Source: an uncultured Nitrospina sp. (GTDB taxonomy: Bacteria; Nitrospinota; Nitrospinia; Nitrospinales; VA-1). Taken from it: a stretch of 34,983 bases of DNA. Position numbers and translations under genes: made by a program. This document shows positions 27,336 through 34,006 of the stretch, piece after piece. Within the stretch, counting starts at the first letter, position 1, and each line of letters starts with the position of its first letter. The notes beneath the pieces are model-generated. The model saw only the letters and a list, made by a program, of their open reading frames with translations. It was not told the DNA's origin and did not search any database. Where the stretch lies: positions 1-34,983 of the forward strand of contig CAZMXD010000003.1 of the NCBI GenBank assembly GCA_964570185.1, in the 5' to 3' direction.

Positions 27336-27901
27336 TGAAAAAAATAATAGAAGGCCTTGCCTATGTATTAGGCAACGATATTGATACGGACCAAATAATT
27401 CCAGCGGAGCATTTAGTTTATAGTTTGAGTGATCCAGAAGAGAAAAAACACTATGGAAAATTCGCGCTTTCTGGAGTGCCGGGAGATCATGCGGGATTGC
27501 CAAATGGCAATTTACCCTTTACCGAGGGTGGAAAATTTGAATCAAAATATTCGATTATTGTTGGCGGAAAAAATTTCGGCTGTGGCTCATCTCGCGAACA
27601 TGCTCCTGCGTGTATGGAAATTGCCGGAGTAAAGGCGGTGGTCGCTCAATCCTATGCCCGAATTTTTTACCGCAACTCGGTAGATGGTGGTTTTTTTATT
27701 CCTTTTGAATGCGATAAACGCTTGGTGGAAGAAATAAAAACGGGCGATGATTTAAAGATAGATCTCGCTAGCAATACTCTTAATAATAAAACTCAGGGCA
27801 AAACTTATGATCTGAAATCTCTAGGTGAAGTTATAGAGATAATTGAAGCCGGAAACATTTTTGAATATGCCAGAAAAACCGGGATGATAACTCAATCTTG
27901 A
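27335..27901 (+). CDS. leuD: 3-isopropylmalate/(homo)aconitate-type dehydratase, small subunit
   Basis: 188 aa with DIDTDQIIPAEHLVYS and GKNFGCGSSREHAP motifs. Its start overlaps the leuC stop (ATGA-type overlap). Confidence 0.85.
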   Translation: MKKIIEGLAYVLGNDIDTDQIIPAEHLVYSLSDPEEKKHYGKFALSGVPGDHAGLPNGNLPFTEGGKFESKYSIIVGGKNFGCGSSREHAPACMEIAGVKAVVAQSYARIFYRNSVDGGFFIPFECDKRLVEEIKTGDDLKIDLASNTLNNKTQGKTYDLKSLGEVIEIIEAGNIFEYARKTGMITQS

Positions 27902-28054
27902 TTGAGACATCTCGTCCATTTTGAGGGAGGCTTCACCAACCCCGCCTGCCGCAAACCCTACCGGGCTCCTTTTTTAGGAAGACAAACTTCGTTTTTTGCA
28001 AGATGCAAAAAGTTGCAATGTTTGCTAGATTAATGGCTTTATACAAGGAGAAAA

Positions 28055-28867
28055 ATGATGGTTTGTAATTGGGGCCGTATTTTATTCAGACCCATATTAA
28101 TAGTTACTGTTTTTTTCTTTTCCGTCACGGGGGGCAATTTCAATGCAACAGCCTCCAGTCAGGAAATGATCCTTATTCCTGCAGGCCCTTTTTTTATGGG
28201 AAGCTCTGACAAGGATATAATTTGGGCGGCTAAGCAATTCCATTCTGAATCTTTAGATTGGTACAGGGACGAAACCCCCATTCATGAGGTGACTTTGCCG
28301 GCATTTAAAATTGATAAATTACCGGTTACGGTAAGGGATTATGAAATATATCGACGGGCAACAGGAAAGCCTGCTCCAAGAGAACATGGCAATTCACGTT
28401 TCAATCATCCTCTCCAACCTGTTGTAAGCCTTTCCTGGAGAAACGCTCAGGACTATTGCCATTGGAAAAAGAAACGTTTACCAACAGAAGCGGAATGGGA
28501 AAAAGCAGCAAGAGGGACGGATGCCCGATACTTTCCTTGGGGCAATGAACCCGATGCTCTCAATGCGAATATAAGGGGTAAGGGCGATATTTTCAGATAC
28601 AGCAATCAAGTAGGGGCAATACCTGAAAACGTTAGTCCCTATGGGGTAATGGAAATGGCGGGAAATGTCTGGGAATGGACGGAGAACTGGTACCAACCAC
28701 ATCCTGATAATAAATATGATAATGACCTATATGGAAAGCAATTTAAGGTTATAAAAGGGGGATCTTGGAACTCTAACCTGGACTTGGCTAGAGCGTCTAT
28801 CCGTGGCAAAGCATTACCAGACCAACAAAAAAGCTATATTGGGTTTCGTTGCGTTGCTACGAATTAA
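28055..28867 (+). CDS. Secreted FGE-sulfatase-fold (SUMF1/EgtB/PvdO family) protein lacking the catalytic Cys pair
   Basis: Signal peptide, then ...MILIPAGPFFMGS..., WRNAQDYCHWKKKRLPTEAEWEKAARG, GNVWEWTENWY and KGGSW...IGFRCV. There are no cysteines in the GGSW...R segment where genuine FGEs carry C-x4-C. Confidence 0.8.
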   Translation: MMVCNWGRILFRPILIVTVFFFSVTGGNFNATASSQEMILIPAGPFFMGSSDKDIIWAAKQFHSESLDWYRDETPIHEVTLPAFKIDKLPVTVRDYEIYRRATGKPAPREHGNSRFNHPLQPVVSLSWRNAQDYCHWKKKRLPTEAEWEKAARGTDARYFPWGNEPDALNANIRGKGDIFRYSNQVGAIPENVSPYGVMEMAGNVWEWTENWYQPHPDNKYDNDLYGKQFKVIKGGSWNSNLDLARASIRGKALPDQQKSYIGFRCVATN

Positions 28868-28883
28868 TTTTGGAGGATTTATT

Positions 28884-29735
28884 GTGCGAATTAGAAAAAA
28901 AATATTTCAGATTGTTTTAGTTTTAGGGTGGTTAATCTGGTCGCTGCCGGTTTTTGCGATAGGCGATCATGAAGGTGGTCATCCCGGCCAACCTAATACC
29001 GGGAGTGCCAAGACTGGAAAGCATGGCGGGTATAGCGGAGGTCATGGAGGCAAAGGGAAGCATGGCGGTGGTCACGGTTACGGTCGCCGTAAAGGTCCTC
29101 CTAAAGATATACCCGCGCATATCATCGAAAGAATGGACAAGGACGGCACCAAAATCAACCTCAATGGCTCCCAAATTGGGGTTAAGGGAATGAAAATTCT
29201 CGCAAGCACTCCTGACCTGAAAAATATCGTTTCTTTGGCCTTGCAAACAAATAAACTGGGTGACGAGGGCGTACGAATTTTATGTGCGTCAGACACCTTT
29301 CAACATGTTGAAAAGCTCTCTTTGTGGGGAAACGACGTATCAGAAAAAGGCGCAAAAATAATTGCCGATTCTCCGAATATGAAAAACCTGACAGAACTTA
29401 TGTTGACTCGCAATAAGGTAGGTGATGAGGGCATCGTGGCCTTAGTTGGCTCAGAGAATTCAAAAAATTTAATACTCTTGGATTTGAGTGCCAATAAAAT
29501 TGGCGACAAAGGGGCACTCGCAATTGCAAATTCCCCTCATCTTTCAAATTTGAAAACCCTGGATCTCTACAATAATCAGATTACAGAAAAAGGAATGGAA
29601 GCCCTGCTAAATTCTAAATATTTAAAAAGTCTGGAACTACTTGTTCTGGTTCGAAATGAGATCAATCCGGATAAGATGGATGATCTGGCAAAAAACAAAA
29701 CGCTGCCAAGTTTAAGACGACTGGAAATGTTTTAA
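28884..29735 (+). CDS. Secreted protein with a His/Gly-rich N-region and ribonuclease-inhibitor-type leucine-rich repeats
   Basis: I prefer the GTG at 28884, 8 nt after GGAGG, over the tracked start at 28803, which overlaps the upstream gene by 65 nt. Signal peptide VRIRKKIFQIVLVLGWLIWSLPVFA. Then HEGGHPGQ...KHGGYSGGHGGKGKHGGGHGYG. Then about 7 repeats of the type L-x-L-x-x-N-x-[IV]-G-D-x-G-a-x-x-[IL]. Confidence 0.75.
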   Translation: MRIRKKIFQIVLVLGWLIWSLPVFAIGDHEGGHPGQPNTGSAKTGKHGGYSGGHGGKGKHGGGHGYGRRKGPPKDIPAHIIERMDKDGTKINLNGSQIGVKGMKILASTPDLKNIVSLALQTNKLGDEGVRILCASDTFQHVEKLSLWGNDVSEKGAKIIADSPNMKNLTELMLTRNKVGDEGIVALVGSENSKNLILLDLSANKIGDKGALAIANSPHLSNLKTLDLYNNQITEKGMEALLNSKYLKSLELLVLVRNEINPDKMDDLAKNKTLPSLRRLEMF

Positions 29736-29753
29736 ATAATATACTTATTTTAA

Positions 29754-29939
29754 TTAACGGTATCGTCGGTCATTGTATTGGTCAATTTTTTCTAAAACTT
29801 GTTTGCTGCCCCGCACCAGGACATCCAACAGATCTTTTAATGCCTCGACTTCTTCATTTGGGTCTGTCGCATTTTTAAAATTTGCGGCTTCCTCTGTAAT
29901 TTCCTGAATTAGAGCTGAAACTTCTTCAAATTTGTCCAT
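29754..29939 (-). CDS. Small acidic helical hypothetical protein (61 aa)
   Basis: ORF 54 nt downstream of the MORN gene on the same strand. No clear RBS. Confidence 0.35.
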   Translation of the reverse strand: MDKFEEVSALIQEITEEAANFKNATDPNEEVEALKDLLDVLVRGSKQVLEKIDQYNDRRYR

Positions 29940-29993
29940 ATAAAGTTTTTTGATGATGATTTAATTAGTGAGAGCAAAAATTTTAATTTAGAT

Positions 29994-30770
29994 TTAGTCT
30001 TTTATGCCCTCAAAATTTTCAACAACTTTCTCTTTTAATGTTAGTTTCCCATCTTTAAAATATTTCTCGGATTTTGTTTTTCCATCTTTAGACCAAACAA
30101 CCCATAGCCCGTCTTCTTTTCCATTTTTATACTGACCTATATTTGCCCTAAACCCATTTGAGTGCCAGTCTTTATAGGGACCGTCTAAGTTTCCATCAAA
30201 GAAATGTGCTTCGATATGTTTTTTCCCGTTATCCCATCTCCACTCTGTGCGAAGTCCGTTTTCTATTCCATTTTTGTAATATGTTTCCACATCTTTTTTT
30301 CCGTTCTCAAACCATTTAATACGAACCCCATTTTCTATTCCTTTCTCATAATGCCTCTCTTCATCTTTTTTACCCGACTTATACCACCAAGTTTGAACAC
30401 CATTTAGCTCTCCGTCTAAATAATTTATATCCTGTCTTTTTTCTCCGGAAATATACCAATTACTGGAAAGGCCATTTTCTTTTCCGTCGATGAAAGGGGT
30501 CACAGACATTTTCTTGCCGTTTTGATACCACGAAGATATAGGGCCATTTAATAATCCATCCTTGTAATATCCTTTTGCTTGTATCTTTCCATTTTTATAC
30601 CAAACGGTTACCAGTCCCTCCTCTTTTCCATTCTTGTAATGGGTTTCTTTTTTCAACTTCCCGTTGTCCCAGTATTCCCTGTCGACTTCTTCTTTTTCCC
30701 CATAAACAGAATCACAAAGCAAAAACAGAAAAGTGAGTAAAAATAAAAAGATGTATGTTTTCGTTTTCAT
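29994..30770 (-). CDS. Secreted MORN-variant repeat protein (YwqK-like repeat family)
   Basis: Signal peptide MKTKTYIFLFLLTFLFLLCDSVYG. About ten ~23-aa repeats of the form W-Y-x-N-G-K-K-x-x-E-x-x-Y-K-N-G-x-x-x-G. Confidence 0.8.
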   Translation of the reverse strand: MKTKTYIFLFLLTFLFLLCDSVYGEKEEVDREYWDNGKLKKETHYKNGKEEGLVTVWYKNGKIQAKGYYKDGLLNGPISSWYQNGKKMSVTPFIDGKENGLSSNWYISGEKRQDINYLDGELNGVQTWWYKSGKKDEERHYEKGIENGVRIKWFENGKKDVETYYKNGIENGLRTEWRWDNGKKHIEAHFFDGNLDGPYKDWHSNGFRANIGQYKNGKEDGLWVVWSKDGKTKSEKYFKDGKLTLKEKVVENFEGIKD

Positions 30771-30928
30771 ACATTGAGAATACCGTATTTACTTAAAAAT
30801 AAGAACGCTTAAGGTTAAATCAACTCGAAACGGCTGACCCGTTGGATTTGTTCAGAGAAATTCAGGGGAAATAAAAAGAAAAAATATTTGGGGAAATCCC
30901 GTAAGTATTTGACGACTAAGAAATTAAA

Positions 30929-30977
30929 GTTGCAGGACCGGATCGAACCGCTGACAAGAGGAATTTTAGTTCTTCGT
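30929..30977 (-). pseudogene. Decayed tRNA 3'-half-like remnant (T-arm, variable region and possible anticodon arm), same orientation as the tRNA at the right edge
   Basis: The minus strand reads ...AAGAACTAAAATTCCTCTTGTCAGCGGTTCGATCCGGTCCTGCAAC. The T-loop TTCGATC is intact but the T-stem pairs poorly, and there is no 5' acceptor strand or D-arm. In the T-arm/variable region, 20 of 24 positions match 34956-34983 in a gap-free hand alignment. Confidence 0.45.
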
Positions 30978-31126
30978 TCGATGGTTAAGGTATTGTTTTT
31001 TAATATTTAGTTTAGTCGGTTTTCGTGTGCGCATTATGTGTATACGGTATTTAAACTCCCTACTTACAAAAGAAACCAGTAATAAGTTCTCCCATTATTA
31101 TTCGACTTTGAGTTCCATTAAGTTTT

Positions 31127-31156
31127 TTGCTATAACAAACCATCCTTAAGTATAGC
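31127..31156 (+). promoter_or_regulatory. Possible sigma-70 promoter TTGCTA-N18-TATAGC just upstream of repeat-module copy 1
   Basis: Sequence is TTGCTAtaacaaaccatccttaagTATAGC. Weak -10 element and long spacer. Confidence 0.25.
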
Positions 31157-31166
31157 TCTAATTAGA

Positions 31167-31314
31167 GTTCTTGCTCAAACTGGATTCACGGTCCAACGAA
31201 TGTAGCAGTGGTTACTGGCCCGTTCGCATTTTGGAGTGTTGTATGTGGTTTGCCTTAATAAAAGTAGAAACCGAAACAAAACGAGATGACTCTGTTGAGT
31301 TGTCTCTTTTTTTT
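31167..31314 (+). repeat. 5' module copy 1: conserved ~70-nt leader, ATG at 31243, 24 conserved codons, 10-bp hairpin (31283-31306) and T8
   Basis: 14 mismatches in 134 gap-free positions against 32538-32671 (hand alignment). Lies upstream of the DUF2628-like gene. Confidence 0.85.
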
Positions 31315-31366
31315 GGAGGGAGGCAATATAAAACCGAATGCATATTAAATATGAGGAGGACAAAAT

Positions 31367-31660
31367 ATGGCCAGCCAGATTTATATTAGGCATGAACAAA
31401 GTGGCATTACCAAAAATGGGTATTATGGATTTAGTTGGACATATTTTTTTTGGGGGTGGTTAGTACCTATTATCAGAGGGGAAGTTGGGATTGGTGCCCT
31501 TCATCTGCTTTTTTCAATATTCACACTTGGTATTTGGCAAATCATAGTATGTTTTTTATATAACAAACAATACATGACACGCATGCTTACTACAGGGTGG
31601 GTACTTGCAGGAAGCGAAGAAGAAAATAGAAATGCAAAATTTGCGCTTAATATAGTTTAA
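31367..31660 (+). CDS. DUF2628-like small membrane protein (97 aa)
   Basis: Strong RBS (GAGGAGGacaaaatATG). The G-F-S-W-T motif is followed by two TM helices. Paralogous to the N-half of 34007..34561. Confidence 0.7.
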   Translation: MASQIYIRHEQSGITKNGYYGFSWTYFFWGWLVPIIRGEVGIGALHLLFSIFTLGIWQIIVCFLYNKQYMTRMLTTGWVLAGSEEENRNAKFALNIV

Positions 31661-31698
31661 CTTAATTATAGAAGAACCATTAAAAAAGGAATCAAGGC

Positions 31699-32247
31699 AT
31701 GAAATGGTTTATAAAAGCCGTATTTCATAATTATGCCAATTTCAAAGGGAGGGCACGACGTAAAGAATATTGGATGTTTTACTTATTTTATTTCCTCTTT
31801 CTCGTGTTGGCGACTATAGCTGATAGTGTTATTTATGATCTTAACGTGGAGGACATAAACGATCCAGAAGTTTTCTATCCACTTCAGACTATTTTCATGC
31901 TCGCAATGATTATACCTTGTATAAGCCTTGGTGCCAGGAGATTGCACGATATAGGCAAAAGTGGTTGGCAACAGTTACTATTACTAATACCTCTTATTGG
32001 TAGTATTTTGGTTCTAATTTTTACATTGCGGGATAGCGATTACCAAGAAAATAAATATGGGCCTTCTCCAAAATCAATTACAACGTCTAAAGATGTGGCA
32101 AGCCTCAAGGGCTCTGTAGATGGCATAGCCGAATCACACCAATATTCTGCGCCTGATCAGACCAACATGTTTTGCGGAAAATGTGGAAAAAAGAATTCTA
32201 GAGACAATAAATTTTGCACACAATGCGGGCAAACTTTTGCTTCATAA
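31699..32247 (+). CDS. DUF805 (YhaH/YhaI-type) inner-membrane protein fused to a C-terminal zinc ribbon
   Basis: Has KGRARRKEYWMF..., GARRLHDIGKSGW and ENKYGPSP, the DUF805 signatures as I recall them. The C-terminal CGKCGKKNSRDNKFCTQCG is a CxxC-N10-CxxC ribbon. Confidence 0.75.
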   Translation: MKWFIKAVFHNYANFKGRARRKEYWMFYLFYFLFLVLATIADSVIYDLNVEDINDPEVFYPLQTIFMLAMIIPCISLGARRLHDIGKSGWQQLLLLIPLIGSILVLIFTLRDSDYQENKYGPSPKSITTSKDVASLKGSVDGIAESHQYSAPDQTNMFCGKCGKKNSRDNKFCTQCGQTFAS

Positions 32248-32266
32248 CATAACAGCTAAGTACCAC

Positions 32267-32319
32267 TTGGAGCGTTGCATTTGGTTTGCTTCAAAAAAAT
32301 AGAAACCGAAACCACAAAC
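32267..32319 (+). repeat. 5' module copy 2 (truncated and degenerate: ATG changed to ATT, early stop, no hairpin)
   Basis: TTGGAGCGTTGCATTTGGTTTGCTTCAAAAAAATAGAAACCGAAACCACAAAC aligns with 31231-31283 and 32596-32648. Lies upstream of the small TM gene at 32336. Confidence 0.7.
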
Positions 32320-32335
32320 TACAGGTGATAAACAG

Positions 32336-32521
32336 ATGGAAGAATTTGAAGGTTTTCTATATTTTATTTGTTTTGTTGTTCTTCCCCTTGCATGGAAACC
32401 TTCCAGAAAAGCAATAGGACTATTAAATATAATTGTAGGCGCAATTGTATCACTGACGGGAATAGGAATTATAATTGGAATTCCATTAATGTTTTTTGGC
32501 GGAATATTATTATTTATGTAA
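32336..32521 (+). CDS. Small two-TM membrane protein (61 aa)
   Basis: Hydrophobic ORF with AGGTGA 8 nt upstream of the ATG. Confidence 0.5.
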   Translation: MEEFEGFLYFICFVVLPLAWKPSRKAIGLLNIIVGAIVSLTGIGIIIGIPLMFFGGILLFM

Positions 32522-32531
32522 ATCTATTCTT

Positions 32532-32679
32532 CTTCTAGCTCAAACTGGATTCACGTTCCAACGAATGTAGCAGTGGTTATTGACCCGTTCACATTTTGGA
32601 GTGTTGTATGTGGTTTGCTTCTAAAAAAATAGAAACTAAAACCAAACGAGATGACTCTGTCGAGTTATCTCGTTTTTTT
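32532..32679 (+). repeat. 5' module copy 3: the same leader, ATG at 32608, 24 conserved codons, hairpin (32648-32671) and T7. Here the ORF continues into the protease
   Basis: See copy 1. An in-frame TGA upstream of the ATG shows that the conserved leader is non-coding in this copy. Confidence 0.85.
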
Positions 32680-33981
32680 GTTTGCGGGGTTTTTCTATTA
32701 TCCTTTCTGACTGCCTGTACCACCACTAACCAAATCAGCAACACTTCTTCTTCATTGCAAATCAACACAGGTGATGTAGCAACAGGAACTGGTTTTCTTT
32801 TTAGTTCTTCGGATTATGTCATCACCAGTTACCACGTTGTTCATGGTGCAAAATCCATTAAGGTTCGATTGGTTAATGGAGAAAGAATCGATGCCACTAT
32901 TTCTCTTAAAGATACCAATAACGATATTGCCATCCTGAAACTGTCCCACTCTCCCACATCAAGACAGAACATTATTGTGCTTGGAGACAGTTCATCAGTC
33001 AAAACAGGTGACAGGGTATTTACTTACGGGTTTCCATTGGTGGACCTGTTGGGAGCTGCAGAACCCCGATACTCGGAAGGATTTATTAATTCTCTCAGTG
33101 GTATCTCCAACGACCCAAGATTGTTCCAAGTCAGTATTCCCATCCAACCGGGAAACAGCGGGGGTCCCGTGTTCAATGAAAAAGGAGAACTCATCGGGAT
33201 TGCTACCAGTTCCATTGATGCTGACAAAACAAAGAAAGTATTTGGTTCGAGTCCTCAGAACGTGAACTTCGCCATCAAATCATCTTATATCAAATCCCTG
33301 TTACCTGGTTTACCCGATGCTTTCATAAGAGATAAAGGGATCGTGGTGGTTCCTGTTGAAGAGGTTGGGTTTAAGGAAAGAGTAAAAAACGACATTGTAC
33401 TGGTTGAAGCAACTCCTGAATTTAAACCAACTATGGTCAAAAGAGATTATGAAGATGAAGGACGACTAAGAGAGCAAAGAGAACGACAGGCAAAAGAAGA
33501 AGAAAGGTTAAGAAGAGAGAAAGAAATTGCTGAACGGGAACGAGAAATTTTAGAAAGAGAACGACAGGCAAAAGAAGAAGAAAGGTTAAGAAAAGAGAAA
33601 GAAATTGCTGAGCGGGAACGAGAAATTTTAGAAAGAGAACAACAGGTTGAAACAGAAGAACAACTTAGAAGAGAAAGAGAACTTGCTGAACGAGAACAAG
33701 AACTTCGTGATAGGGAACGACAACTCAAAGAGAAAAAAAGATTGGGAAGTTTTACCACAAGAGAGCGAGGGGTTCAAAAGTGGAAAACAAATTATTCTCA
33801 AGCAGCACAAGATGAATGCTTCCGAGAAGCAAAATTAAAATATGGAAAGAGTAAAGAATTAAGACCTCAAGAGGAACTGCCTCAAGGAGTAGATTTTCTT
33901 GGGAATTTTGATGCAGTGCCTTTAACACCGGAAGAAGTAAAGTGTTTGAGTGATAGAGTACTTAGAGAATCGATTAGATGA
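32608..33981 (+). CDS. Trypsin-like (S1/Trypsin_2) serine protease lipoprotein with charged tandem-repeat coiled coil and C-terminal Cys-containing domain
   Basis: Lipobox FLLSFLTAC. Catalytic triad contexts are VITSYHVV (His), NDIAILKL (Asp) and GNSGGPVF (Ser). A REKEIAEREREILERERQAKEEERLR repeat region follows. Alternative TTG start at 32596. Confidence 0.8.
   Translation: MWFASKKIETKTKRDDSVELSRFFVCGVFLLSFLTACTTTNQISNTSSSLQINTGDVATGTGFLFSSSDYVITSYHVVHGAKSIKVRLVNGERIDATISLKDTNNDIAILKLSHSPTSRQNIIVLGDSSSVKTGDRVFTYGFPLVDLLGAAEPRYSEGFINSLSGISNDPRLFQVSIPIQPGNSGGPVFNEKGELIGIATSSIDADKTKKVFGSSPQNVNFAIKSSYIKSLLPGLPDAFIRDKGIVVVPVEEVGFKERVKNDIVLVEATPEFKPTMVKRDYEDEGRLREQRERQAKEEERLRREKEIAEREREILERERQAKEEERLRKEKEIAEREREILEREQQVETEEQLRRERELAEREQELRDRERQLKEKKRLGSFTTRERGVQKWKTNYSQAAQDECFREAKLKYGKSKELRPQEELPQGVDFLGNFDAVPLTPEEVKCLSDRVLRESIR
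33481..33714 (+). repeat. Three tandem 78-nt (26-codon) repeats inside the protease gene; the first two are near-identical and the third has diverged
   Basis: Units at 33481-33558, 33559-33636 and 33637-33714. Units 1 and 2 differ at only two positions by eye (aagaGgag vs aagaAaag, and gctgaAcgg vs gctgaGcgg). Confidence 0.85.
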
Positions 33982-34006
33982 ATAAAAAATATAAAGAAAG
34001 GGAGAG

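Noticed and set aside
27985-28030. Repeated TTGCAA/TGCAAA hexamers upstream of the FGE-fold gene as a regulator-binding array
   Set aside because: The motifs are short and AT-rich, spaced irregularly, and lack any supporting conservation. This is too weak to call.
28803-28883. Tracked upstream start (28803) for the LRR protein
   Set aside because: It would overlap the FGE-fold gene by 65 nt and add a non-signal-like 27-residue extension. The GTG at 28884 has a GGAGG RBS and yields a canonical signal peptide.
30929-31010. A complete tRNA gene at the left islet boundary
   Set aside because: There is no 5' acceptor strand complementary to CTGCAAC and no D-arm. The T-stem pairs at only 3 of 5 positions, one of them a G-U wobble, and the anticodon stem at 3 of 5 positions. 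It is a remnant at best.
31171-31389. 72-aa ORF (MLKLDSRSNECSSGYWPVRILECCMWFALIK...) as a genuine protein-coding gene
   Set aside because: Its first 24 codons correspond to a segment that carries an in-frame stop in copy 3, so that part is non-coding leader. The remainder is the shared 24-codon module followed by a short unrelated tail that overlaps the well-supported start at 31367. I treat it as a repeat-module copy or possible uORF, not a stand-alone gene.
31261-32650. GAAACCGAAAC / TAGAAAC motifs suggesting CRISPR repeats
   Set aside because: There are only three occurrences. All are embedded in the larger 5' module, they are spaced ~1.0 and ~0.3 kb apart, they have no regular spacers, and no cas genes are present.
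33447-33758. 103-aa Ser/Leu/Cys-rich minus-strand ORF
   Set aside because: It is the antisense reading of the GAA/AGA-rich tandem repeat in the protease gene and is a low-complexity artefact.
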